A program made the position numbers and the translations under genes. From contig CAWIZN010000044.1 in NCBI GenBank assembly GCA_963840495.1, positions 194,055 to 258,054 of the forward strand: DNA of 64,000 nt, read 5' to 3'. Source of the DNA: an uncultured Candidatus Rokubacteria bacterium. Lineage in GTDB: Bacteria > Methylomirabilota > Methylomirabilia > Rokubacteriales > CSP1-6. This document shows positions 44,132-54,512 of this stretch, in pieces. Within the stretch, counting starts at the first letter, position 1. Every line of letters begins with the position of its first letter. The notes under the pieces are model-generated. The model saw only the letters and a list, made by a program, of their open reading frames with translations. It was not told the origin of the DNA and did no database searches.

Positions 44132-45737
44132 ATGAGACATGCGAACCGGTGGTGGCTGCTGTCGGTGGCCGCGGTGGCCTTCATGACGCTGGTCGGGACC
44201 GCGGGGTCCGCGCGCGCTCAGGACAAGCCGCGCTACGGCGGTGAGCTGCAGTTCGTGGTGCCGTCGGAGCCCCCGTCCTACGATGCTCACCGCGAGGAAA
44301 CCTTCGGCGTCACCCATCCCATGTCCCCGCACTACAACACGCTCCTGCGCGTGGATCCCTTCGACAAGACGGGCACGAAGCCGGTCGGGGACCTGGCGGA
44401 GTCCTGGACGATCGCCAAGGACGGCATGGTCTACACCTTCAAGCTTCGGCAGGGCGTGAAGTTCCACGACGGCACCCCCATGACCGCGCGGGACGTCAAG
44501 GCCTCCTACGACAAGATCATCTTTCCGCCCCAGGGCGTCGGGTCCTCGCGGAAGAGCGCCTACCGGGCGGTCGAGGTGGTCGAGGCCCCCGATGCCCAGA
44601 CCATCCGCTTCCGGCTGAAGTGGCCGGAGTCGTCCTTCCTGCTGAACCTCGCATCGCCCTGGAACTGGATCTACAAGGCCGACATCCTCGCCAAGGACAT
44701 GCACTGGTACGAGAAGAACGTGATGGGCACGGGCCCCTTCCTCTTCGTGGAGCACGTCAAGGGCTCGCACTGGGCGGGCAAGAAGAACCCGGACTACTGG
44801 GACAAGGGCAAGCCCTATCTCGACGGCTACCGCGCCACGTTCGTCAGCTCGTCCTCGGCTCAGGTAGCGGCGGTGCGCGGCGAGCGGGCGCACATCCAGT
44901 TCCGAGGCTTCGCCCCCGCCGATCGCGACAGCCTGGTCTCCGCCCTGGGCAACAAGATCACCGTCCAGGAGAGCCCCTGGGACTGCATCCTGATGGTGGC
45001 GATGAACCACGGCAAGAAGCCCTTCGACGACAAGCGGGTGCGCCGCGCCCTCTCGCTGGCGCTGGACCGCTACGAGGGTTCGAAGGCGCTCTCCAAGATC
45101 GCCATCGTCAAGGAAGTGGCGGGCATCCAGGTGCCGGGAACGCCGTGGGCCACACCGCCCGATGAGCTTGCCAAGCTGGCCGGTTATGGCCGGGACATCA
45201 ACGCCTCGCGCGCGGAGGCGAAGCGGCTCCTCAAGGAGGCGGGCGTCGAGGGGCTGTCGTTCACGTTCAAGAACCGCGGCATCCCGCAGCCCTACGAGCC
45301 CACGGGCATCTGGCTCATCGATCAGTGGCGGCAGGTCGGGGATCACGGCCAAGCAGGAGATCATCGAGGCCTCCGCCTACCATCCCATGCTCAAGCGCGG
45401 CGACTTCGAGGTCGCCATGGACTTCCAGTGCGGCTTCATCGTCGAGCCTGACCTCGACCTGCCCCGCTTCCTGTCCGATTCCGACGCCAACTACGGCAAG
45501 TCGAACGACAAGGTGCTCGACGACCTCTTCGTCAAGCAGGCGCGCGCCACCGATCCCGAGGAGCGCAAGAAGTACCTGCGCGCGTTCGAGAAGCGGCTGC
45601 TCGACGAGGAGGTGCACACGTTCATGACGCTGCAGTGGCACCGGATCATCCCGCACAGCTCCAAGGTCAAGGGCTGGACGATCACGCCGAGCCACTACCT
45701 CAACAACATGCTCGACACGGTGTGGCTCAGCGAATAG
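44132..45737 (+). pseudogene. ABC transporter substrate-binding protein, family 5 (peptide/nickel type), one frameshift
   Basis: ATG at 44132 with a signal peptide, MRHANRWWLLSVAAVAFMTLVGTAGSARA. The mature part is collinear with 18061..19698. The C-terminal part is in track ORF 45162..45737. The shift is at the gggg run 45338-45341 (expected ...WRQVGITAKQEIIE...). Confidence 0.85.
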
Positions 45738-45752
45738 CGCAACGCAACCCGC

Positions 45753-45786
45753 TCCTCGGGGAGAGGCCGGGAGGTCTCTCCCCGAG
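45753..45786 (+). other. GC-rich hairpin after the SBP stop (possible intra-operon attenuator or mRNA stabiliser; no T-tract)
   Basis: The stem cctcggggagag (45753-45764) pairs with ctctccccgagg (45775-45786), with a 10-nt loop. Confidence 0.4.
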
Positions 45787-45813
45787 GGAGTGAAGGCAGG
45801 GTGAGGGGAGCCG

Positions 45814-46764
45814 ATGGCCCGGTACATCGTCAAGCGTTTCCTGCTGATGATCCCGACCATGATCGGGGTCGCCGCGCTCATCTTCTTCCTGATGCGCGTC
45901 GTGCCCGGCGACATCGTCGAGCTGCGCATGTCCGGGGAGAGCGGGTTTGCGTCCAAGGAGCAGATCGCGATCGAGCGGGCGCGCTTCGGACTCGACCGGC
46001 CGCTGTGGCGGCAGTTCGCGGAGTGGATGTGGGGGCTGGCCCGCCTCGACTTCGGGCGCTCCATGTGGACGGGGGCGTCGATCGGCTCGGAGATCCAGCT
46101 CCGCTTCCTGCTCTCCCTCGAGCTGGCCATCCTGGCCACCTCGGTGGCCGTGCTGCTCGCCATTCCCCTGGGCGTCATCGCCGCGCTCAAGCAGGACACC
46201 TGGGTGGACTATGCCGTGCGCATCTTCTCCATCGCGGGGATTGCCACGCCCTCGTTCTGGCTCGGCATCGTGTTGATCCTGGGCCTGCTCATCGTCTTCA
46301 AGTGGCTGCCGCCGATGGTGTACACGCCGCCGTGGGTCAACCCGTGGCAGAACCTCGCCCAGCTCATCTGGCCGGCGCTCGCCGTGGGCTATCGCTACTC
46401 GGCGGTGGCGACGCGCATGACGCGCTCGGCGATGCTCGAGGTCCTGCGCGAGGACTATATCCGCACCGCCCGCGCCAAGGGGCTCTGGGAGAAGCTGATC
46501 CTGACGCGCCACGCGCTGAAGAACGCGATGCTGCCCGTTCTGACCGTGGTCGGTCTGGAGTTCGCGTTCCTGATGGGCGGGCTCGTGGTGACCGAGCAGG
46601 TGTTCAACCTGAACGGCCTCGGCCTCCTCTTCGTCCAGTCGGTGGCCCACCGAGACTACACGCTCACCCAGGCCCTGGTGCTCCTGGTGGCGGCCATCTT
46701 CATCCTCGTCAACTTCCTGATGGACCTGATGTACGCCTGGCTCGACCCGCGGATCCGGTACTAG
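45814..46764 (+). CDS. peptide ABC transporter permease (DppB/OppB type)
   Basis: 316-aa intact ORF: MARYIVKRFLLMIPTMIGVAALIFFLMRVVPGD...EDYIRTARAKGLWEKLILTRHALKNAMLPVLTVVGLEF... Confidence 0.9.
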   Translation: MARYIVKRFLLMIPTMIGVAALIFFLMRVVPGDIVELRMSGESGFASKEQIAIERARFGLDRPLWRQFAEWMWGLARLDFGRSMWTGASIGSEIQLRFLLSLELAILATSVAVLLAIPLGVIAALKQDTWVDYAVRIFSIAGIATPSFWLGIVLILGLLIVFKWLPPMVYTPPWVNPWQNLAQLIWPALAVGYRYSAVATRMTRSAMLEVLREDYIRTARAKGLWEKLILTRHALKNAMLPVLTVVGLEFAFLMGGLVVTEQVFNLNGLGLLFVQSVAHRDYTLTQALVLLVAAIFILVNFLMDLMYAWLDPRIRY

Positions 46765-46768
46765 ATCG

Positions 46769-47672
46769 ATGGCGATCAACCCCGCGATCGACGTCGCGTC
46801 CGAGGCTCCCACCGCCGAGCCGCGTTCGCGGTGGGTGTCCGCGCTCCTCACCTTCTGTCGCCGGCGGCCACTCGGCGCCATCGGCGCCGGCATCGTCGTG
46901 ATCATGCTGCTCGTCGCCGCGTTCGCGCCCTGGCTGGCGCCGTATGACCCGGTCACGGTGGACTTCGGCGCCATGTTGTCGCCCCCGGGCGCCAAGCACT
47001 GGCTCGGCACCGACGCGTTTGGACGCGACGTCTTGTCCCGGCTCATCTACGGATCGCGCACCGCGCTCCTGGTCGGCTTCGGCTCGGCCCTGCTCGGGGC
47101 CACCGCGGGCGCGGTGCTCGGCGTGGGGAGCGCGTACTTCGGCGGCAGGATCGACCTCTATCTGCAGCGCCTCATGGACGTGCTGCTGTGCTTCCCCCTG
47201 ATCATCCTGGCGCTCGCGATCGTCGCCATCCTGGGCAATAACCTGTCGAACCTGATCCTGGCCATCACCATCCCGATGATTCCGCGATGCGCCCTCGTCA
47301 TCCGATCCAGTGCCTTGTCCATTCGCGAGATGCCGTACGTGGACGCGGCGCGGGCCTCCGGATTCACGCACAGGCGCATCATCCTCCGGCACATGCTGCC
47401 CAACGTGATGGCGCCGTACCTCATCATGCTGACGGCCTTCCTCGGCCAGGCCATCCTGCTCGAGGCCTCGCTGTCCTTCCTGGGGCTGGGTGTCCAGGAG
47501 CCTACGCGCGGCCTGGGGGCTCATGCTTCGCGGGGCGGCCGTCGAGTTCGCGGAGACGGCGCCGTGGATGGCCATCTTCCCGGGCGTGGCGATCAGCCTG
47601 TCTGTCTTCGCCTTCAACCTCTTCGGCGATTCGCTGCGGGATGCGCTCGATCCGAAGCTCCGCACGCTCTGA
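46769..47672 (+). pseudogene. peptide ABC transporter permease (DppC/OppC type), one frameshift
   Basis: ...HWLGTDAFGRDVLSRLIYGSRTALLVGF...MPYVDAARASGFTHRRIILRHMLPNVMAPYLIMLTAFLGQAILLEASLSFLGLGVQEPT continues in track ORF 47490..47672 (AWGLMLRGAAVEFAETAPWMAIFPGVAISLSVFAFNLFGDSLRDALDPKLRTL*). The shift is near 47505. Confidence 0.85.
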
Positions 47673-47675
47673 CGC

Positions 47676-47704
47676 TTGACACCCCGTATGCAAGTTGGTA
47701 TAAA
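47676..47704 (+). promoter_or_regulatory. near-consensus sigma70 promoter TTGACA-N17-TATAAA upstream of the ferredoxin gene
   Basis: TTGACA at 47676-47681 and TATAAA at 47699-47704. The downstream SD GAGGAGG (47767-47773) precedes the ATG at 47779. Confidence 0.65.
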
Positions 47705-47778
47705 CACGCTGGCTTTCGCGGGATGGCAGCCGAGGCGTGCCCGGAAGCTTCGAGGGTGACCGTGAAGAGGAGGCCTAG

Positions 47779-48045
47779 ATGGCGTACGTGATCGCTGAGC
47801 CCTGTGTCGACGTGAAGGACAAGGCATGTGTCGAGGTGTGCCCCGTGGATTGCATCTACGAGGGCGAGACCATGCTGTACATCCATCCGGAGGAGTGCAT
47901 CGACTGCGGCGCCTGCGAGCCGGTATGCCCGGTCAAGGCGATCTTCGTCGATGACGAGCTCCCCGCCGAGTGGAAGCAGTACACGGAGATCAACAAGCAG
48001 TTCTTCGTGGACAATCCCGGAGTGAAGCCGGCCACCAAGGGCTAG
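47779..48045 (+). CDS. 7Fe-type ferredoxin (FdxA-like, 3Fe-4S + 4Fe-4S)
   Basis: MAYVIAEPCVDVKDKACVEVCPVDCIYEGETMLYIHPEECIDCGACEPVCPVKAIFVDDELPAEW shows the CxxxxxxC...CP and CxxCxxCxxxCP cluster motifs of actinobacterial-type FdxA. Confidence 0.85.
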   Translation: MAYVIAEPCVDVKDKACVEVCPVDCIYEGETMLYIHPEECIDCGACEPVCPVKAIFVDDELPAEWKQYTEINKQFFVDNPGVKPATKG

Positions 48046-48294
48046 CGTCAACCCGGCTGTTCGCCGTTCGGACGGGGACTCGCTCTCGGGTCCCCGTCGT
48101 CGCGTTCTGGGCCGGGTGGTCGCCTGCGTCCGCCGCTCCGTCGCCCCTCGGCAATCCGCTCTGCCACGCGTCGAATGCAACCCTCTCCGCGCTCTGCCCA
48201 TGCGCCGGTGCAGTGCCGACGGCCATGCCTTTCGCATCTACGCGAATTGATGTATGCGGTGCTCGTGGCACTTCGCTTGCGTTCGCGATGCGGC

Positions 48295-48819
48295 ATGAAG
48301 ATCGCGCCGAGGACTCCCGTCTTGCTCTCGCGGCGGCCGGTCGCCGCCTCACCATCGGCCGAGGCTCGCCGGCCGACCGTGCGCCCGCTGACGGCCGCGC
48401 GCAGCGGTGTCCGCGAGCGCGCGGTGCTGTTTGCCGGGGGCATGGCGCCCCGCGGGCCCGAGGCCGCGGCCCCTGTCGCGCCCGCCCGTCCGCCCGATCG
48501 GCCCGTGTCGGGTGCGCCGGCCGATCGGCCGGCCCTGACATCGCCCCCGGTCAGCAGCGGTCGCGCGGAGGCCGCCGGCGGTCCCAAGCCCGCGCCGGGG
48601 TTTCATGGTGCGGTGACCGAGTTCAAGCGGCGGCTGATCGAGACGACGCTGACCGAGCTCGGCGGCAACCGCACGCGGGCGGCGCGGGCGCTGGGGCTGC
48701 AGCGGACGTACTTGCTGCGCCTCATGCGGGAGTTCGCCGTCCACGTGCCGGCGGGCGCTGTGCCGCCACGGCGGGCGGCAGAGCCGCAGGGCACGGCGCC
48801 GAGCCTCGCGCCACGATAA
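48295..48819 (+). CDS. Fis-type (HTH_8) DNA-binding protein; N-terminal extent uncertain, may be the relic of an NtrC-family activator
   Basis: Only the C-terminal ~50 aa are recognisable: VTEFKRRLIETTLTELGGNRTRAARALGLQRTYLLRLMREF (Fis/NtrC C-terminal HTH). The upstream part is Arg/Pro/Ala low complexity with no AAA+ motifs. Confidence 0.4.
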   Translation: MKIAPRTPVLLSRRPVAASPSAEARRPTVRPLTAARSGVRERAVLFAGGMAPRGPEAAAPVAPARPPDRPVSGAPADRPALTSPPVSSGRAEAAGGPKPAPGFHGAVTEFKRRLIETTLTELGGNRTRAARALGLQRTYLLRLMREFAVHVPAGAVPPRRAAEPQGTAPSLAPR

Positions 48820-48821
48820 CG

Positions 48822-48849
48822 TTGACACTGGTCCCGCCTCCGGTTTAAT
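48822..48849 (+). promoter_or_regulatory. sigma70-type promoter TTGACA-N16-TTTAAT, leaderless layout for the thiolase gene
   Basis: TTGACA at 48822-48827 and TTTAAT at 48844-48849. The GTG at 48857 lies 7 nt after the -10 element, with no SD. Confidence 0.55.
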
Positions 48850-48856
48850 TGGGGGC

Positions 48857-49985
48857 GTGACGGACGTGTGGATCGCGGGCGCAGGGATGACTCGCTTCGG
48901 CAAGCGGGAGGAGAGCTTGCCCGCGCTGATGGCGGAGGCGTCGGGGCTGGCGCTGGCCGACGCCGGGATCGAGCGGCCGGGGTCGATCGTCGTCGCCGCG
49001 ATGAACCCCGAGGAGTTCACCGGCGAGGGGAACTACGGCTCGCTCATCGCCACGCACCTCGGCCTGTCCCACGTGCCGACCATCCGCGTGGAGACGGCGA
49101 CGTCCTCCGGCATGGCGGCCGTGTACGCGGGCTATGCCACCATCGCCGTCCGGTCTTCAAGATTCCGTGCTCGTGGTGGGCGGCGAGAAGATGACGCACT
49201 TGCCCACGCCGCGCGTCTCGGAGATCATCGGGCGCTCGATCGATGCCCACGAGCGCAGCTATGGCTCGACGATGCCGGCGCTGGCCGGCCTCATCACCCG
49301 CGCGGCGATGCAGCGCCGCGGGCTCACGCTCAAGGAGATCTCCCTGGTCGCCGTCAAGAACCACGCGCACGCCGCGCGGAACCCGTTCGCGCACTTCCAG
49401 GAGCCCGTCACGCTCGAGACGGTGATGGAGAGCCGGCTCGTCGCCGATCCCCTGCGGCTCTACCACTGTTGCCCGATGTCGGACGGGGCGGCCGCCGTGG
49501 TGCTGCGGGCCGAGCCGGCGCCGGTGCGCATCGCGGGAATCGGGCAGGGGATGGAGTCCATCGCCATCCGCTACCGGTCGGACCTCACATCGTTCCGGGC
49601 GACCCAGGTGGCGGCCGAGGCCGCCTATCGCATGGCCGGGTTCGGCCCCGAGCGAGTCGACGTCGCGGAGCTGCACGACGCGTTCACGCCGTTCGAGCTG
49701 TTGTCCCTCGAGGACACGGGGCTCGTGCCGCCGGGCAAGTCGGGGCGGGCCATCCTCGACGGCGACACGGCCATCGGCGGCCGGCTCCCCGTGAACCCGT
49801 CGGGCGGGCTCAAGGCGCGGGGGCATCCGCTGGCCGCCACCGGCGTCTCGCAGATCGTCGAGCTCGTCTGGCAGCTCCGCGGCCTCGCCGAAGGGCGCCA
49901 GGTGGACGCGCGCATCGGGCTGGCCCAGTCGATCGGCGGCCTCGCCACCAATAATTGGGTCGCGCTGCTCGAGGGGCGCCGGTGA
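48857..49985 (+). pseudogene. thiolase-fold protein (SCP-x/acetyl-CoA acetyltransferase-like), one frameshift
   Basis: MTDVWIAGAGMTRFGKREESLPALMAEASGLALADAGIERP...ETATSSGMAAVYAGYATIA continues in track ORF 49134..49985 (SGLQDSVLVVGGEKMTH...LYHCCPMSDGAAAVVL...NPSGGLKARGHPLAATGVSQIVELVWQLRG...). The shift is near 49148. Confidence 0.8.
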
Positions 49986-50413
49986 CGCAAGACGTGCTGG
50001 GCGCCTCGCGCTGCCCCCGCTGCCGGCGCGTCGTCGCCCCGCCCGCGCTCATGTGTCCCGATCACCCCGTGGCGATGGAGCCGCACCTCGTGCCCGCGGT
50101 CGGCGAGGTGGTGTCGTTCACCACGCTCTACTCACCGCCCGAGGGCTTTCGCTCGCCCCTGCACATCGCGATCGTCGAGCTGGACGGCGGCGCGCGGCTC
50201 TTCTGCCACGGCGAGGAGACGCGCGGTGTCAAGATCGGCTCGCGCGTGTCCGTCGAGGACGTCAACTCGATCTTCTACTTCTCCCACATGGGGTTCGCCG
50301 CTCGGGCGCGCCTCTTCTGGCGGCGGACCGGCTACCGAGGTGAGAAGGTGGCGGCCATCGGCAAGAGCTTCGTCAAAGGCTTCTGGAAAGGAACGTCACG
50401 TGAAGATCGTTAA
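49982..50413 (+). CDS. Zn-ribbon + OB-fold protein (DUF35 family), thiolase partner
   Basis: GTG at 49982 overlaps the thiolase stop (GTGA): VTQDVLGASRCPRCRRVVAPPALMCPDHP...GEVVSFTTLYSPPEGFRSPLHIAIVELDGGARLFCHG... This is the rubredoxin-like zinc ribbon followed by the OB fold typical of DUF35. Confidence 0.8.
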   Translation: MTQDVLGASRCPRCRRVVAPPALMCPDHPVAMEPHLVPAVGEVVSFTTLYSPPEGFRSPLHIAIVELDGGARLFCHGEETRGVKIGSRVSVEDVNSIFYFSHMGFAARARLFWRRTGYRGEKVAAIGKSFVKGFWKGTSREDR

Positions 50414-51639
50414 GCAGAAGTCCCGCGGCGACCGGCGCACCGCGGAAGACCGGCCGGGCCCCGCTGTCCGGCATCCGCGTCATCGACCTCACGCGCGTCC
50501 TCGCCGGCCCCTTCTGCGCCATGTCCCTCGGCGACATGGGCGCCGAGGTGATCAAGATCGAGGAGCCCGGCAAGGGCGACGACACGCGCGGCTGGCCGCC
50601 CTTCGTGGGTGGCGAGGCGACATACTTCCTCGCCGTGAACCGGAACAAGAAGAGCCTGACGCTCAACATGAAGCCGGCGGAGGGGCAGGAGATCCTGCGC
50701 GCGCTCATCGCGAAGGCCGACGTCGTGCTGGAGAACTTCCGCCCCGGCACGATGGAGCGGCTCGGCTTCGGCTATGACAAGCTGCGGAAGGGCAATCCCC
50801 GCCTCGTCTACTGCTCGATCTCGGGCTTCGGGGAGAGCGGCCCCGAATCGCACCGGCCCGGCTACGACCTCATCGTCCAGGGCGAGTCGGGGGTCATGGA
50901 TCTGACGGGCTTCCCCGATGGCCCGCCCGTCAAGGTCGGCAACTCGATCGGCGATCTCGTCGCCGGGATGGCGGCGGCACAGGGGATCGTGCTCGCGCTC
51001 CTCGCGCGCGAGCGCACGGGCAAGGGACAGAAGGTCGAGATCGGGATGCTCGACGTGATGGCCTCGCTGCTCACGTACCAGGCCGGGCTCTACTGGAATG
51101 GCGGCGGCCGGCCCACGCGGCGCGGCAACCAGCATCCCTCCATCGTTCCGTACGAGGTCTTCCAGGCCAAGGATGCGTACCTCACGCTGGGCGTCGCCAA
51201 TAACTCGCTCTGGGGGCGCGCCTGCCGCGCCATCGGCCGCGAGGATCTCATCCACGACCCGCGCTTCGACACCGAGGCGAACCGGGTGACCAACCGGGCG
51301 GTGCTCATCCCGATCCTGAACGAGACGTTCGGCGCCCGCCCCGCCGGCGAGTGGCTCGCCCAGCTCGAGGAGCACGGCGTGCCCGCGGGCCGGATCAAGA
51401 CCGTGCCCGAGGTGTGCGAGAGCCCGCACCTCAAGGAGCGCGGCATGGTGGTCAGCCTGCCGCATCCCAAGGCCGGCTCCGTCACCGTGATGGGCGTGCC
51501 CATTCGCCTCGGCGAGACACCCGGCGCGGCCGTCCTGCCACCGCCGCTGCTCGGCGAGCACACCGACGAGATCTTGACGCGCCTCCTGCGCCTGCCCAAG
51601 GGCAAGGTCGACAAGCTCCGAGCGGCGGGCGTCGTCTAG
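50400..51639 (+). pseudogene. family III CoA-transferase (CaiB/BaiF type), frameshift near the 5' end
   Basis: Track ORF 50521..51639 lacks the conserved N-terminus. That segment (GPLSGIRVIDLTRVLAGPFCAMSLGDMGAEVIKIE) is readable upstream in the same frame but has no start codon. A GTG at 50400 (after GGAAAGGAA) in another frame joins it through the cccc run at 50459-50462. Confidence 0.8.
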
Positions 51640-51692
51640 CTGCATACTCAGGACGGCCTCGCATGCGGCGAGCCGGGGCCGCGCGGGGGCCG

Positions 51693-51802
51693 GGATGGGT
51701 CCTCCGACCACCGCCGACTTCGTACCGGTCACCCGGAGAGCCGTCCCACTCCGGCCGCTGTGTCGTCGTCTCGCGGGGCGGGAAGGGCTCTGGGACCCAT
51801 CC
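51693..51802 (+). repeat. repeat family B, copy 1 (~110 bp, 10-bp terminal inverted repeats ggatgggtcc / ggacccatcc)
   Basis: ggatgggtcctccgaccaccgccgacttcgtaccggtcacccggagagccgtcccactccggccgctgtgtcgtcgtctcgcggggcgggaagggctctgggacccatcc lies between convergent stops (51639 and 51892). A second copy is at 61163. Confidence 0.75.
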
Positions 51803-51891
51803 GGCCCCGCGCGGCCCCGCTCGACCACGGATGCGCGTTCCTGAACAGTGCGGGCCAGGCGTCCTTAGGCGATCGGGCGGCGCGGCGTGGT

Positions 51892-53623
51892 TCACCAGCC
51901 CATCGCGCGGGCGGCCCGGCGCGGGTCGGCTCCGCCGTAGAGCACGCCTCGCTCGCGGTCGGCCGCGATCGCGCAGACGCCGGCTGTCCCGATGGAGAGA
52001 TCGGGGAGCCACTCGACTCGGTGGCCGCTGGCCTCGAGCGTCGCGCCCGCGATGTCCCCGATTCCCCGCTCGAGGTCGAGCCGGCCCGGGTGATACGGAT
52101 GCGGCTCGAAGCTGCCCGGGAAGCTGTGCGTGACGAAGCGCGGGGCCTCCACCGCCTCCTGCACGCTCATCCCGAACACGGTGTGATTGAGAAAGACCTG
52201 GAGCATGGCTTGCGGCTGGAGATCGCCCCCCGGCCCGCCGAACGGCATCACCCATCGGCCGCGTCTGCAGGGCCATCGCCGGATTCGGCGTGAGCCGCGG
52301 CCGCTTGCCGGGCGCCACGCACGAGGGATGGCCGGGCACCGCCCAGGACTGCGACCCGCGCGACGAGGGACAGAAGCCGAGGCCGGGGATCACCGGGCTC
52401 TCCCAGGAGACGTCGCTCGGCGTCGCGGACAGGGCATTGCCGTGCCGGTCGACGACGCAGACATAGGAGGTGTCTCCGGGCAGCGCGGGGCTCGCCTCGG
52501 CGAGCGCCGAGGGCGACGGCGGTCGGCTCGCCCGAGCGGCCGGGCGGTCGAAGCCCGGGACGTCGCCGGCCGGCGGCATCTCGGCCCACGCCGTCTCCGG
52601 CCGCACGAGGCGCCGGCGCTCGGCGGCGTACGACGGAGCGAGCAGCGCGTCCATCGGCACGTGCACGAAGCGCGGGTCGCCGTAGTAGCGCTCGCGGTCG
52701 GCGAAGCAGAGCTTCATGACCTCGGCGACGAGATGGACGTAGGCCGGGGTATTGTGGCCGAGCGCGGCGAGATCGTCGGCGGCGAGCAGGGACAGCATCT
52801 GGAGCAGGACCGGCCCCTGGCACCACGGGCCGCAGGAGAGCACCTCGACGCCGCGGAAGCTGGTCGACAGCGGGCGCTCGATCTCGGAATGGTAGTCCTC
52901 CAGGTCGCGCGCGGTGAGCCAGCCGCCGTGCTCGGCGTGGTAGCGCACCATGGCCGCCGCCAGGTCGCCGCGATAGAAGGCGTCGCGCGCCGCGCGAAGC
53001 CCGGCGATCCGTCCGCCGCGGCTCGCCGCGCGCTCCTCGTCCACCATGAACTGCAGCGAGCGGGCGAGATCCGCCTGGACGAACAGCTCGCCCTCGCGGG
53101 GCGCCCGTCCCTGGGGCAGGTAGATGGCGGCATTGTCCGGCCAGCGGCGATAGGTCTCGGCGTTCTTCGCGATGTAGTGGGCCATCACCGGATGCATGGT
53201 GAAGCCCTCGCGCGCATAGCGGATCGCGGCGCCCGCGACGTCGCCGAAGCTCATGGTGCCGTAGCGCTCGAGCGCCAGGATCCACGCGTCCGGCGCCGCC
53301 GGCACCACCGTGCGGAGGATGCCCAGCGGGATCACGCCGCCGTGCTCGCCGAGGAAGGCCTCGAGCCGCGCGGCCCGCGGCCATCCGCCGAGGCCGCTGA
53401 TGACCACCGCCTCGTCGCGCTCGGCGAGGTAGATGATCATGGGCGCCACGCCCGAGCACTGCACCTGGTCGCTGTGGACGACGCCGAGCGCGATGCCCGC
53501 GGCGACCCCCGCGTCGACGGCATTGCCCCCGGCTTCGAGCACGGCGTGGCCCGCCTGGGTCGCGAGGTAGTGCCCGGCCGAGATCATGTGGCGCGCGCCC
53601 GTGATCATGGGCTGAAGGGGCAT
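51892..53623 (-). pseudogene. ggt: gamma-glutamyltransferase family protein, one frameshift
   Basis: Track ORF 51482..53623 reads MPLQPMITGARHMISAGHYLATQAGHAVLEAGGNAVDAGVAAGIALGVV...ALPGDTSYVCVVDRHGNALSATPS... (catalytic Thr/Ser region). The small-subunit end is in ORF 51892..52251 (MMPFGGPGGDLQPQAMLQVFLNHTVFGMSVQEAVEAPRF...). The shift is near 52255. Confidence 0.85.
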
Positions 53624-53627
53624 CGCC

Positions 53628-54501
53628 CTACCTCCCGCGAAGGCGATACCAGGGATGGGGCTGTCCCGGCACCTTGACGCGGAGCGAATAGACCGACGTG
53701 CGGGCGGTGAAGAACAGCGTCCGGAGATCGGGGCCGCCGAAGGCCAGGTTCGCGGGGACCTCGGGGGTGCGGATGATGCCGAGCCGGGTGCCGTCGGGCG
53801 CGAAGACCCAGGTGCCGCCGGGGCCGGTGCAGTAGACGCGGCCCTGCACGTCGACCTTCATCCCGTCGGGCACGCCGTCGGTCTCGTCGGAGGACATGTC
53901 GGCGAAGATGCGGCGCCGGACCATCGCGCCGTCGGCGCCGATCTCGAGCGCGTGGATGTACTGCGCCCACCGCGTATTGGCGACGTAGAGGGTGCGCTCG
54001 TCCGGCGAGAAGGCGAGCCCGTTCGGATACTCGAAGTCGGCGAGCATGGAGACCGCGCCGCTCCGATCGATGCGATAGATCGCGGCATACGGCAGCTCCC
54101 GCTCGGCGAGCGGCACGCGCAGGCCCGGGTCGGTGAAGTAGATGCTCCCGTCGGAGCGGCACACGACGTCGTTGGGCCGGTTGAGGCGCTTGCCCTCGAA
54201 GCGGTCGCAGAGGACCTCGATCTTCCCGTCCGCGCCCGTGCGGGTGATGCGCCGATTGCCGCCCTCGCACATGATGAGCCGACCCTGGAGATCGAACGTC
54301 GTGCCATTGCCCTCGCCGGTGTTCTCGCGGAGGACCTCGGGCTTGCCGCCGGGCGTCAGCCGGTAGAACATGCTCTTCCGGACGTCGACGAAGTAGTAGA
54401 AGCCGTCGGGATGCCACAACGGTCCCTCGGTGAAGACGAATCCGGTGGCCAGGCGCTCCGCCTCCGACGATTCGAGCGATGGCCGACAGGTTATCTGCCA
54501 T
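53628..54501 (-). pseudogene. SMP-30/gluconolactonase/LRE-family beta-propeller protein, frameshift near the 5' end
   Basis: Track ORF 53628..54419 reads ...WHPDGFYYFVDVRKSMFYRLTPGGK...NRPNDVVCRSDGSIYFTDPG...YPNGLAFSPDERTLYVANT...PDGMKVDVQGRVYCTGPGG... The likely start is ATG 54501 (after GGAGG): MADNLSAIA.. in another frame, joining ...ESSEAERLATGFVFTEGPLWHP. The shift is near 54475. Confidence 0.75.
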
Positions 54502-54512
54502 GGCGTCGCCTC

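Noticed and set aside
48050-48600. Coding sequence for the N-terminal two-thirds of the Fis-HTH ORF, or a hidden sigma54-activator gene
   Set aside because: No Walker A/B or GAFTGA motifs appear in any frame. All frames give Arg/Pro/Ala-rich low-complexity translations. Only the last ~50 codons (48660-48819) look like a real domain.
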